Position numbers and translations under genes: made by a program
In this document: piece by piece, positions 9,283 through 17,850 of the stretch
How the letters are laid out: each line of letters starts with the position of its first letter
Numbering within the stretch: position 1 is the first letter of the stretch
IMG/VR virus record: IMGVR_UViG_3300046779_000966
Location: 1-35,945 of that record
Source of the DNA: a virus
Taxonomy: Duplodnaviria > Caudoviricetes
DNA length: 35,945 nt
Strand: one strand, 5' to 3'
The notes under the pieces: generated by a model
Databases searched by the model: none
Told to the model about the DNA's origin: nothing
What the model saw: the letters and a program-made list of their open reading frames with translations, nothing else

Positions 9283-9330
9283 CAATTTATAGGCAAGTGG
9301 GAGATGGCTACCCAATGTCTTTAGTCAGCC

Positions 9331-9357
9331 AGACCTGAGCATGTCTTAAAACTGCTC
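9331..9357 (+). ncRNA. repeated 3'-UTR pseudoknot, copy A (after hsp20)
   Basis: AGAC-CT-GAGCA-T-GTCT-TAAAAC-TGCTC. Confidence 0.6.
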
Positions 9358-9897
9358 TCTTAAACTACCTAGACTAAATGATATTCCTGCCCTTGGTGTT
9401 ACTGCTACAACCTTGTGCTTAGTTCCAATAGGGCAAAAGATCAAGTCTCCTGGACCAATGTCTTCAGTGATAACTGGCTTGTTTTCATCATCATAGATTG
9501 TCCAATTACTTATTCCACATAATCCCCAGAAGATTACGTTCTCTATGTCTATGTGAACCTTTCCACCATAAGCTCTGTCCTGTGTGGTAAGGCTAACGTA
9601 CAGCTCATGACCCCCATCTTCAAGCTCTACGAATCTTGACGCTTTCTCAAAGAGATCTTCCATCTGTGCGGTAATTGGTTTGACAGAATTAATCCTATCA
9701 ATGTTAGTAATCCTAAAGCCGTACTCGTTTAGCCAAACTTTTTCCGTTACCATATCATTAAGGATATCTTCATTCATTACTGATAAGACTTCATCCCAGC
9801 TAACACTTGGTAAGTCTGCAGATTTAATTACAAATGGGATGCCGTTTTTAATTTTTTCAAGGTATCCGTTATGTTCTAGCTGAGTCTTTATCGTCAT
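9346..9897 (-). CDS. JmjC/cupin-like 2OG-Fe(II) oxygenase
   Basis: HID...W..Y...GPGDLIFCP.GTKH; leaderless after TGGTAAAAT. Confidence 0.75.
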   Translation of the reverse strand: MTIKTQLEHNGYLEKIKNGIPFVIKSADLPSVSWDEVLSVMNEDILNDMVTEKVWLNEYGFRITNIDRINSVKPITAQMEDLFEKASRFVELEDGGHELYVSLTTQDRAYGGKVHIDIENVIFWGLCGISNWTIYDDENKPVITEDIGPGDLIFCPIGTKHKVVAVTPRAGISFSLGSLREQF

Positions 9898-9930
9898 ACT
9901 TAATTTTACCATAGCATGATATAATTAAAG

Positions 9931-10022
9931 AGTCCCCACACAGGGCAAGGTATGTTCATTATCTTAGGATGAATAGTTACCATTTTATGCTGGGCATCGC
10001 CATTGGTTGCTGTGTGGGGATT
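9931..10022 (+). ncRNA. candidate ~90 nt stand-alone small RNA
   Basis: Own promoter TGATATAAT (9917); 11-bp closing stem TCCCCACACAG/CTGTGTGGGGA; internal hairpin. Confidence 0.55.
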
Positions 10023-10042
10023 TATCGTGCTATAATATATAC

Positions 10043-10981
10043 ATGCCATATCACGTTGGAGAAAAGGGATCATACGGTTGTTCGGGTTACCCTGCCCTTA
10101 AAGATGACGGAACCGTAATGGGCTGCCACACTACTAAAGAAGAAGCAGCTAACCAGATTTATGCTATCAATCAGTCTGAGGGTAATGTAGATAAGGCAGC
10201 ACCATGCTGGACTGGCTACGTTATGCGTGGCATGAAGCCAGGCGAAGGTGGACGTATGGTTCCAAACTGTGTTCCTGTTAGCAAGGATGTAGTACTTAAC
10301 CAAGACATCTCAAAGGCAGACTTTGTCGAAGGCGAGTTTGCTATGGGTGTTTCCGATGAAGAGATTTATGTTGGTCAGGTAATCCACGTAATGCGTGAGG
10401 GTATGCTTGGTGTTCCAGGATCTGAAATGAGCATTGAAGCAACTCCAGAAGACCCTGCGATTCTTATCAGAATTTTTGAGCAGGATGAAGAAGAGGGTTA
10501 CTGGGAAGAGACAGATCTATTTGTTGGCTTTAAGGCTAACATGGCTACAAAGATTAGCCCACTAATGACAGAAGAGGATTACTATGGGTCGCAAATGGCA
10601 AAGGCTGAGGGCTATTCCCCTCCTGCTGGTGCTCGCTCTGCAGCACGTCGTGCAATCAAGTTTAAAGAAGACGGCAAAGCCAATGGTGCAGGAACCGCAG
10701 TCGGATGGACTAGAGCTAGACAACTGGCTAATGGAGAGACACTCTCGCTAAGCACTGTAAAGCGTATGTACTCGTACTTCTCTCGCCATGAGGTAGACAA
10801 GAAGGGCAAGGACTGGGGTAACCAGGCTAACCCATCTAACGGATACATTATGTGGCTTGCATGGGGTGGAGACGCAGGATTCTCTTGGTCTCGCAGAATT
10901 GTACAGCGTGAAATGGACAAGGCTTTGTTCTCTGACTTTGGTAAAGACTACACCAAGTCACAAAGCATCAATTTGTTTTAA
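10043..10981 (+). CDS. mosaic phage protein with CW.GY...VPNCVP motif and C-terminal RMYSYFSRH...WGGDAG domain (often head-associated)
   Basis: Recurrent phage motifs; leaderless ATG 6 nt after TGCTATAAT. Confidence 0.7.
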   Translation: MPYHVGEKGSYGCSGYPALKDDGTVMGCHTTKEEAANQIYAINQSEGNVDKAAPCWTGYVMRGMKPGEGGRMVPNCVPVSKDVVLNQDISKADFVEGEFAMGVSDEEIYVGQVIHVMREGMLGVPGSEMSIEATPEDPAILIRIFEQDEEEGYWEETDLFVGFKANMATKISPLMTEEDYYGSQMAKAEGYSPPAGARSAARRAIKFKEDGKANGAGTAVGWTRARQLANGETLSLSTVKRMYSYFSRHEVDKKGKDWGNQANPSNGYIMWLAWGGDAGFSWSRRIVQREMDKALFSDFGKDYTKSQSINLF

Positions 10982-10999
10982 TTAGAAAAGGTAAAAGGT

Positions 11000-11290
11000 A
11001 TGAGAGAACTAATTTATTTGTATAAAGAGTCTTGCCCTGCTTGCGACTATATGCATCAGGTGACTAAAGACTTTACTGAAAAGTATCCAGACATTCTGTT
11101 TTATAAGTTTAGTGTATTCGATCAGCAGCCTGTTGTAAGGTATCTCGTTGAGAAGTATCAGGTTACTCTTGCACCATTCTTTATTGCTATTGAGAATGAT
11201 GAAACACTTGGTACGCTGTTGGGTGGGGTATCAGAGGAAGAGCTTGTCGGTCTTTTTAATCGTGATCATTCTCACGCTGATAAGTCCTAA
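11000..11290 (+). CDS. thioredoxin-like protein
   Basis: CPAC motif, cis-Pro (LAP). Confidence 0.8.
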   Translation: MRELIYLYKESCPACDYMHQVTKDFTEKYPDILFYKFSVFDQQPVVRYLVEKYQVTLAPFFIAIENDETLGTLLGGVSEEELVGLFNRDHSHADKS

Positions 11291-11534
11291 TCTTGTGACA
11301 GTTTGAACAAACAACTTCACACTTAGCAACTTCTTTCCAAGCCATTTCCTCTCCGTAGTTTCTTAAAACACGGTAGACAACGTCAATCTTTTGGAATCCA
11401 GGCATGTGGTCAAACTCAAGAACGTAGTGTGGGAAGTGCTGTCTACAATCAGCACAGCCTTTCTTCTCTTTATAGAGATGAAGATCTTCTAAAACCACAG
11501 CCATGGCTTTACGGTGCTTGGCAGACTTTACCAT
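11256..11534 (-). CDS. small HNH-like endonuclease
   Basis: CADC...LEFDH...KCEVVCSNCHKIRT. Confidence 0.8.
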   Translation of the reverse strand: MVKSAKHRKAMAVVLEDLHLYKEKKGCADCRQHFPHYVLEFDHMPGFQKIDVVYRVLRNYGEEMAWKEVAKCEVVCSNCHKIRTYQRENDHD

Positions 11535-11588
11535 ATGAAACTATTATACCATCGTGATGATATAATTAATTAAAACGATAGGAAAATT

Positions 11589-12275
11589 TTGAAGTTTGTT
11601 TATATTTGCAGACCAGGCGAGAACGAAGAACTAAGATACTCTATACGATCTGTCATGCATTCATTCCCTGATGCAGAAGTCTGGGTAGTTGGAAGCAAGC
11701 CATCTTGGTATGGTGGCAACTTTATTAAGAATAAAGATAAAGGTACAAAGTTTACTAACATACAAGACTCGCTAAAGGTAATCGCTAACTCTGGGCTAAT
11801 ACCAGATAACTTTATTTATATGAATGATGATTTCTTTATCATCGATAAGGTTTCTGAGATACCAGTTTTTCATGGAGGGTACCTGAAAGACAAAGCCAAT
11901 GAGTATCTAAGACTAGATCCAGATTCAATGTATACTAGACTACTATTGAAGGCACACGATAAGCTCGTTAAACGAGGCATAGAGGACCCATTAGACTACG
12001 ACATACACTTTCCCCTTCCTATTAATAAGAAGGGCTTACAGAGCGTTGTAGAGCTTCCCATTATGCCAAGATCCGCATATGGCAATCTATGTAACATCGG
12101 TGGAACTCAGGTTGCTGATGTCAAGATGTATGAGTCTGGGAAATTGCTTTCCAGGTCATATGATCATTTAAGTAATCAGTCATCGTTTATTTCTACTACG
12201 GATGTTTCATTTGAAAAGTTGCTGAACGATGTGCTGAGAGATCGCTTTCCAAACCCAAGCAAGTATGAGTATTAA
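11589..12275 (+). CDS. Stealth-like phosphosugar transferase
   Basis: ELRYSIRSV and FIYMNDDFF motifs. Confidence 0.7.
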   Translation: MKFVYICRPGENEELRYSIRSVMHSFPDAEVWVVGSKPSWYGGNFIKNKDKGTKFTNIQDSLKVIANSGLIPDNFIYMNDDFFIIDKVSEIPVFHGGYLKDKANEYLRLDPDSMYTRLLLKAHDKLVKRGIEDPLDYDIHFPLPINKKGLQSVVELPIMPRSAYGNLCNIGGTQVADVKMYESGKLLSRSYDHLSNQSSFISTTDVSFEKLLNDVLRDRFPNPSKYEY

Positions 12276-12925
12276 AACTTATTGTTTTCGTAAAAGTTTT
12301 TCTTAGCAATAAAGCTAGGCATTACGTATCTTATTGGACCCTTGCCAGGAGCCTCAGTACCGTGCAAGTATTCTTCGTCAGTTGGAAAAAGTAGCAGTGC
12401 CCTGGCAGGTGGCTTAAGCTTAACGCCCTTGTGGGTAAAATATACTTCCCCATCTACATAGTCATCATTGACATAGATTACGGATGCGTACTCTAGAGAA
12501 GGGTCTGTGTGGTTGTCTACGTGAGCCTTTAGTGGGACACCCTCATATTGCCTCTGAAGAATCCCAACGCCGTTTACATCAAGGTGATCGAGGTCTTCAA
12601 ACAGCTTCTGCAGACGTTCAGTTAGGTTCTTTGAGATAGTGTTGTCTTCAATCTTCAATACCTTGTCGATCCAGTTAGATGTAATTTCGTATTTGCCATC
12701 ACGCACCAGGCTCTCAATATCGTCTGTTCCAAATTTCTTTAGGGCAAACTTTTTTGTGTTTTCTATGTAGTGGCTTTCCCACTTAGATGTATCAGCCATC
12801 TCGCCAATTGCGAGTATCTCTGCCTGTTCGTCTTCCGAAAGAAAATCTCTAACCATATAGATTCTGTCTTTCAAAACCTCTACGGTATATCCGTGCTTTT
12901 CAATGTGACGTGGCTCTAGTATCAT
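12272..12925 (-). CDS. 2OG-Fe(II) oxygenase (prolyl-4-hydroxylase-like)
   Basis: HVD, YVNDDY.DGE..F, HG, RY. Confidence 0.85.
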   Translation of the reverse strand: MILEPRHIEKHGYTVEVLKDRIYMVRDFLSEDEQAEILAIGEMADTSKWESHYIENTKKFALKKFGTDDIESLVRDGKYEITSNWIDKVLKIEDNTISKNLTERLQKLFEDLDHLDVNGVGILQRQYEGVPLKAHVDNHTDPSLEYASVIYVNDDYVDGEVYFTHKGVKLKPPARALLLFPTDEEYLHGTEAPGKGPIRYVMPSFIAKKNFYENNKF

Positions 12926-12943
12926 GCGTCTATTATATCACAG

Positions 12944-13016
12944 TGCCCCCAGTAGGAATCGAACCTACGACCAAGAGATTAGAAGGCTCTTGCTCTATCC
13001 ACTGAGCTATGGAGGC
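12944..13016 (-). tRNA. tRNA-Arg(TCT)
   Basis: Cloverleaf on the minus strand; anticodon loop CTTCTAA. Confidence 0.93.
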
Positions 13017-13017
13017 T

Positions 13018-13094
13018 TGGTGGGGTGTGTGGGACTTGAACCCACGACCGACGGATTATGAGTCCGCTGCTCTAACCTGCTGAGCTAACACCCC
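13018..13094 (-). tRNA. tRNA-CAT, probably Ile2 (lysidine type) rather than Met
   Basis: GCGGA-CTCATAA-TCCGT arm, paired G1-C72, encoded CCA. Confidence 0.9.
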
Positions 13095-13109
13095 TGCTAC
13101 TATTTTATT

Positions 13110-13652
13110 TTATACCTGCTGCATAAAAGAGTCAATAGTTGCATACAATTCTTCTTTAGAGAAGTCATTGTTAATTGTTTTATCTGCAATGATGCTGTCC
13201 ATTGCCGTCTCTGATGCATGATCGTTTACTGCACCAATGCCAGCCCTGGTTACACGCCAAAGCATTCCATCCCTGGATTTAATGCCACGGTATTCATTTG
13301 GGAATCTGACATCAGTAAAGACTACCTTATCAAACTTTGAGACACCAGACATTGCTCTGTCTACCCAAAAGTTTTCTCCAAACATCTGTCTGCCAACTTC
13401 TGTCCCCATACGTTGAAGCAGCTTCCTGGCATCTTCACTATCTACCTTAACATTCTCCCAGCCAAGACCATCTACTGCAGTGGCTAGTGGGACACCAACC
13501 ATGTCTGCAATATCGATCTTTGGGTTTAGTCTGTACAAGGCTTCCCTTAGTGGGTCAGCAAACGCCACACGCCTATACCCATAATTGTTAACCAAAAAAT
13601 CAGCCACAGTGTCTTTTCCAGATTGAGCATATCCTGTTAATCCAATCAACAT
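13110..13652 (-). CDS. deoxynucleoside monophosphate kinase
   Basis: IGLTGYAQSGKDT, FADPLR, R.LLQ.MGTEVGR, DVRFPNE. Confidence 0.92.
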   Translation of the reverse strand: MLIGLTGYAQSGKDTVADFLVNNYGYRRVAFADPLREALYRLNPKIDIADMVGVPLATAVDGLGWENVKVDSEDARKLLQRMGTEVGRQMFGENFWVDRAMSGVSKFDKVVFTDVRFPNEYRGIKSRDGMLWRVTRAGIGAVNDHASETAMDSIIADKTINNDFSKEELYATIDSFMQQV

Positions 13653-14348
13653 TTACTTTACACCAACAGCCTTGAACGTTTCTGGGAACGCCTTAACTGC
13701 AAGATCTCTAACAGCCTTAGCATACTCCTGGATTTCCCATTGTGCGTCATGCTCTAGCCTTTGGTCTAGGAAAGTAAGAACTCCCTGTAGGGATACCGTC
13801 CAACGCCAACGTACGTACATACCATAGGCAGGAAGGAATAGACGTGCAAGTTCTGGGGCAATACCATCATTCATTGCATCGTGATACATTCTAGTTCCAG
13901 CCTCAATGGTATTTAGCAGACGCTCAAAGTGCATCTGACCAATGTCCTCATTGACTGGCTCACCACTACCCTGCTTACTGTTCTCTGGCTTGCTACGCCA
14001 GGCAGTAGGCAACGGTACATAGAATTCCTCATGCTCAGTAATGTATCTACGAGAAGACTCGTTCCAGCCATTCTGATCGTCAACATGAGTGCTTGATACA
14101 GCATACTTCCACCACTGTCGTGCAACAAATAGAGGTGCATATACCTCGAAGGTAATTGCTGCATGTCTAAATGGACTAGTATGTCCTTCACGAAGCAAGA
14201 AGTTAATTAGCTTGCCATCACGCTCAGAGAATTCTGTAGACTCTTTGTCATACGATACTCGTGCTGCATTTACTACTGATAGGTCATCGCCTAGCGTATC
14301 TACTAAACGAACGTAGCCCTCGTTTAATACTTTGAGTGAGTTTGTCAA
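13653..14348 (-). CDS. thyX: FAD-dependent thymidylate synthase
   Basis: AARVSY, H.SPF.H, NESSRRY, APELAR.FLP, AQWEIQ. Confidence 0.95.
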   Translation of the reverse strand: MTNSLKVLNEGYVRLVDTLGDDLSVVNAARVSYDKESTEFSERDGKLINFLLREGHTSPFRHAAITFEVYAPLFVARQWWKYAVSSTHVDDQNGWNESSRRYITEHEEFYVPLPTAWRSKPENSKQGSGEPVNEDIGQMHFERLLNTIEAGTRMYHDAMNDGIAPELARLFLPAYGMYVRWRWTVSLQGVLTFLDQRLEHDAQWEIQEYAKAVRDLAVKAFPETFKAVGVK

Positions 14349-14452
14349 TCTTTTTCCTTAGTCTTGGTTTGGTAAAGAAATACCATTTGTTTTTATACAT
14401 ATGCACATAAACTTTAATTGGATACTTAAGAAGTTTACGCTCATACGAATGT

Positions 14453-14677
14453 TTACCCATCTACAGATTCCTTCATTGGAATATAGAGTTCATTTATCTT
14501 GTCAATTACATGCTGAATATAGTATCCATAGTATGGGTCTTCAGTAGCATTTGCATACAACTCTTTGTTAAGCGTAGCAAGTAGCTCTTCATATGCCTGC
14601 AGTTTACCTTCATTGATGAAGGCTTCGACAGTTGCTCTTACAGCATCATCCATGTCTTCAAGAACAATTGTTGGCAT
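14453..14677 (-). CDS. hypothetical protein
   Basis: ORF track; coupled to the groES stop. Confidence 0.7.
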   Translation of the reverse strand: MPTIVLEDMDDAVRATVEAFINEGKLQAYEELLATLNKELYANATEDPYYGYYIQHVIDKINELYIPMKESVDG

Positions 14678-14967
14678 TATCCCTCAATCACTGCAAAAAT
14701 GTCACGGTATGGAAGGATTACAAGCTTCTTACCATCGTGCTCAACCTCGTTGCCACTGTACTTAGAGTAAATAACCTTATCTCCAACCTGCAAATCAATC
14801 GACATCTTAGTGCCGTCTGCAAAGGTTGCTCCAGTTCCAACTGCTACAACAATGCCCTCTGTAGGCTTTTCCTTTTCTGTGGTGCTAATGATCAATCCAG
14901 ACGCAGACTTCTTCTCTGCTTCTACGATTGGCTCAACAACTACCTTGTCTTCTAGTGGTTTAATCAT
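14677..14967 (-). CDS. groES: co-chaperonin GroES
   Basis: IKPLEDKVVV, SASGLII, G.VVAVG.G, VGDKVIYSKYSG.EV. Confidence 0.95.
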   Translation of the reverse strand: MIKPLEDKVVVEPIVEAEKKSASGLIISTTEKEKPTEGIVVAVGTGATFADGTKMSIDLQVGDKVIYSKYSGNEVEHDGKKLVILPYRDIFAVIEG

Positions 14968-14968
14968 A

Positions 14969-15217
14969 TTAGTATTCATCTTTCTGGTGTTCTACACCGT
15001 GCTTGTCATCAATATACTTGTGAATCTTACGCCAGGCGATTGCCCTGGAGATTGCAAAACCTATTAGCAAGAACACACCGTTCCAGAAAAACTCTGCAAT
15101 GACGTGCTCAAAACCAAACATTGTATCGATTAGTGAGTCTAATCCATGAGTACCATGCTGGTGCTCGTCAACGTGCTCTTCGATCTCGTTCTGTGCTGCT
15201 AGGAAAATGTCTCTCAT
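14969..15217 (-). CDS. His-rich small membrane protein
   Basis: ORF track; one TM. Confidence 0.65.
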   Translation of the reverse strand: MRDIFLAAQNEIEEHVDEHQHGTHGLDSLIDTMFGFEHVIAEFFWNGVFLLIGFAISRAIAWRKIHKYIDDKHGVEHQKDEY

Positions 15218-15371
15218 TGTCTTCCTCTACTCTATTGTTTGATTGTTTATTGTCTAGATACTCTTTGGCTACTCGCTCAATATCGGCAGGTTTGACTGAC
15301 GACAGCGGTACAGAATACTCAAACTGTCCCATTTCAAGCCCTAACACGTAGTCGATATCTGGAAGTGCCAT
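15168..15371 (-). CDS. hypothetical protein
   Basis: ORF track; leaderless after TATAAT. Confidence 0.55.
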   Translation of the reverse strand: MALPDIDYVLGLEMGQFEYSVPLSSVKPADIERVAKEYLDNKQSNNRVEEDNERHFPSSTERDRRAR

Positions 15372-15402
15372 TTAAAAATTATACACCTATAGGGTGTGGC
15401 TG

Positions 15403-15624
15403 TCAAGCAGCGATGGCATTAATCTTTGCTGGATTGAAGCCTGCCCAAGCATCGTTATCAGTAATTACTACTGGTGCTGCCATGAATCCCATTGCAACGA
15501 TCTTGTCATATGCTTCTTGATCTTGGGTAATATCTACAGTTGTGTAACTTACTCCATTCTTGTCCAAAAGCTTCTTGGTCATATCGCACTGCACACAGGC
15601 AGGCTTTGTGTAAACTGTAGTCAT
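15403..15624 (-). CDS. nrdH: NrdH-redoxin
   Basis: VYTKPACVQC, APVV, WAGFNP. Confidence 0.93.
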   Translation of the reverse strand: MTTVYTKPACVQCDMTKKLLDKNGVSYTTVDITQDQEAYDKIVAMGFMAAPVVITDNDAWAGFNPAKINAIAA

Positions 15625-15710
15625 ACTACTATCTCCTTTAAAGTTATGTTATCTATTATAAGCTTTTGTTTTCGCTTAAAGATAGGTTTATTGTTACAAG
15701 TTTATAACAA

Positions 15711-15911
15711 CTACTCAACATTTGCAAGTCTTTGGTATGCCCAATCTAAAACATCCAGGGCAATTTGATCATGTTCGTAATCCTTTTCCCTGATTAACTC
15801 ACGGAATGCATCAAAGAACTTTATTCTCATTAGCTGAGATATCAAGTATACCTCTTCTTCGGAGGTATTGTAATTATTTAATATAGATTTAATACTTTCT
15901 ATATCTTCCAT
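15711..15911 (-). CDS. hypothetical protein
   Basis: ORF track; divergent leaderless promoter pair. Confidence 0.6.
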   Translation of the reverse strand: MEDIESIKSILNNYNTSEEEVYLISQLMRIKFFDAFRELIREKDYEHDQIALDVLDWAYQRLANVE

Positions 15912-15947
15912 CTATACATTATATTCTATCTATGATACAATATAACA

Positions 15948-16139
15948 ATGAATTGTACATTATGCAACCACGAATTGGTAAAAATAATTTATGGATATCC
16001 ATCAATGGAGGAAATCTCCAAGGCTAGGAATGAAGAGATTGCTCTAGGCGGATGCCTTATTGGAAAAGATCTTCCTACCCACTACTGCTATGGATGCCAT
16101 GAAACGCACCCAGTTACTCACGTTAATTACGACGACTAA
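15948..16139 (+). CDS. small Zn-finger protein (C..C...YGYP...LGGC...C..C)
   Basis: Cys pattern. Confidence 0.7.
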   Translation: MNCTLCNHELVKIIYGYPSMEEISKARNEEIALGGCLIGKDLPTHYCYGCHETHPVTHVNYDD

Positions 16140-16266
16140 TATCTAGCGAATCTATAAAGCCAGACAGAAGCTCTTGCCCTGTCACTTCTATTGCAACACC
16201 ATCAACATAGATTATATAAATTCGCTCTGGGAAGATCGTATATCTAAACTTGCTATCAGTTGACAA
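16123..16266 (-). CDS. small hypothetical protein
   Basis: 47-codon TTG-start frame filling the gap. Confidence 0.35.
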   Translation of the reverse strand: MSTDSKFRYTIFPERIYIIYVDGVAIEVTGQELLSGFIDSLDISRRN

Positions 16267-16525
16267 GGTTTTCCAGGTCTTCCTTTGATACAACGCCAGC
16301 TACGCTACCGTTTACCCTACCATCAACCATGCCAACAAAGAATGGGCTGATTGTGGGGATTTGAGAAGAGACCAAAAGCTTAACCAGCTCAGGCTCTTCA
16401 TCGTGATTGATTCTAGTATAGCCAATGTCTGGATTATCAGAGACAAGATCTTTAATGATTGGCTCCATTACTTCCGAGGTAACGGACGATGTGTTCGTAA
16501 TCTCAATAATTTCCCTGAGAGTCAT
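16256..16525 (-). CDS. thioredoxin-fold protein lacking CxxC
   Basis: Resembles the 11000..11290 layout (SPFFVG...G.V.GV.S.E.L) but has SVTS in place of CPAC. Confidence 0.55.
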   Translation of the reverse strand: MTLREIIEITNTSSVTSEVMEPIIKDLVSDNPDIGYTRINHDEEPELVKLLVSSQIPTISPFFVGMVDGRVNGSVAGVVSKEDLENLVN

Positions 16526-16544
16526 GATGCTATTATATCCCTTA

Positions 16545-16655
16545 TTAAGCTGAAACAAGCCTACGCTTGATAGGGTCAAACATCTTAGGTCTCTTCTTGT
16601 TAGCCTTACCGTTCTGACGGTTGCTGTTACGAACTGATGCTGTCTTTTTTGCCAT
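16545..16655 (-). CDS. very basic 36-aa peptide
   Basis: MAKKTASVRNSNRQNGKANKKRPKMFDPIKRRLVSA; leaderless after TGTTATAAT. Confidence 0.6.
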   Translation of the reverse strand: MAKKTASVRNSNRQNGKANKKRPKMFDPIKRRLVSA

Positions 16656-16679
16656 GAGTAAATTATAACATAACTATTG

Positions 16680-16844
16680 TTATAGTTTTGTTACTTCCTT
16701 TGCTGGTACTCTCTTGTATACAACAGGGTCGTCTGAAGTGTTCTCAACAAACAACCACTGGTTAGTGTGAAGTTTAATATTGTTAGCTAACTTAGTAGCC
16801 TTCTTAAGATCGCTACATGCGATTACGTATTCGTGTCTAGTCAT
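16680..16844 (-). CDS. hypothetical protein (54 aa)
   Basis: Leaderless after TGGTAAAAT. Confidence 0.55.
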   Translation of the reverse strand: MTRHEYVIACSDLKKATKLANNIKLHTNQWLFVENTSDDPVVYKRVPAKEVTKL

Positions 16845-16915
16845 ACAGTAATTTTACCATATAGCTATTGACATTGGTACAAAAATGGGGTATATTTAAT
16901 AAAAATTGGAGAAAA

Positions 16916-17539
16916 ATGATTGAAGTTACAGTAACTAAAGAACGTGTGCAGGAAACTCTAGACTTTGTAAAGGCAATGAGGCTTGCAAAAGAGAAGCATA
17001 ACGTAGAAGACAAGATGTTTGACATCAATAATACATCTGAGGGTATTAATATTATTGGTCATCTTGGGGAGCAGGCTGTTGGTCAGGCTCTTGGTATTCC
17101 TGTAGATACAACTGTAATGGTAGGCGGAGACGACGGCTCTGATATGGTTCTAGATGGAATGACCATTCAGGTAAAGACTAGTCAGCTAAAGAGTCTTATC
17201 TTCAATGCACCCTGGCTATTCAAGTCTGATATTGCTATCATGGTACAGTTTGTTGGTGCAGACAAGACACGGTCTTGGGAAGATCCACAGTTTAAAATTT
17301 GGGGGTACATAGACAGGGAAACATTCCTATCTAATCACTACAAGAAGAACTATGGATATGGTGAACGACTAGTGATGGATGTACCAGACCTAAACCCTAT
17401 TGAAAACTTTCTAGAGTATCAGAAGTTTGAGCCATATATTGTTGAGCTATCTGATGAAGACATTGAAAAGATTAGAAAGTTTGTTTTAGATGAAAATCAT
17501 CCACCAAAACAATTTAGAGATATCGGAAACGGAGAATAA
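16916..17539 (+). CDS. putative PD-(D/E)XK-fold nuclease-like protein
   Basis: G.LGE.AV ... D.GSD ... IQVKT. Confidence 0.55.
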   Translation: MIEVTVTKERVQETLDFVKAMRLAKEKHNVEDKMFDINNTSEGINIIGHLGEQAVGQALGIPVDTTVMVGGDDGSDMVLDGMTIQVKTSQLKSLIFNAPWLFKSDIAIMVQFVGADKTRSWEDPQFKIWGYIDRETFLSNHYKKNYGYGERLVMDVPDLNPIENFLEYQKFEPYIVELSDEDIEKIRKFVLDENHPPKQFRDIGNGE

Positions 17540-17570
17540 AAGCAATGGAGCAAATCAAAGAGGAGCAGAA

Positions 17571-17765
17571 GTGAGTAAACCAACTAACAGTGCTGCTAGA
17601 AACCAAATGACTAAGTGGGAACGCCAGTGCTATGACTGGGGCTGGGAGGATGCTGAGGAACGCATCATCGCCATCATTGACGAGTTCATTGAAAATAGCG
17701 ACTATCCAGAGGTTGTTAGTAGCCTTGAATGGTTGCAGGATGTTATCAAGGGAGAGAACAAGTGA
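17571..17765 (+). CDS. hypothetical protein
   Basis: GTG start with GAGGAG RBS. Confidence 0.6.
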   Translation: MSKPTNSAARNQMTKWERQCYDWGWEDAEERIIAIIDEFIENSDYPEVVSSLEWLQDVIKGENK

Positions 17766-17850
17766 GTATACAGAATATTCTTGACATCATGCAGAGTGCC
17801 ATGATAGTATTACTTGCAGTAAATATTTATATACTTAGCAAAAGGCAAAA

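Noticed and set aside
9298-9330. GGGAGATGGCTACCC, resembling the start of a fluoride riboswitch
   Set aside because: Lacks the 3' CUGAUG-type element and lies downstream of a gene rather than in a leader
13018-13094. tRNA-CAT as initiator tRNA-fMet
   Set aside because: Has a paired 1-72 and lacks three consecutive G-C pairs in the anticodon stem
14284-14460. Possible basic ORF MGKHSYERK... between the 14453 gene and thyX
   Set aside because: Overlaps the thyX 5' end by ~65 nt with no motif support; left uncalled
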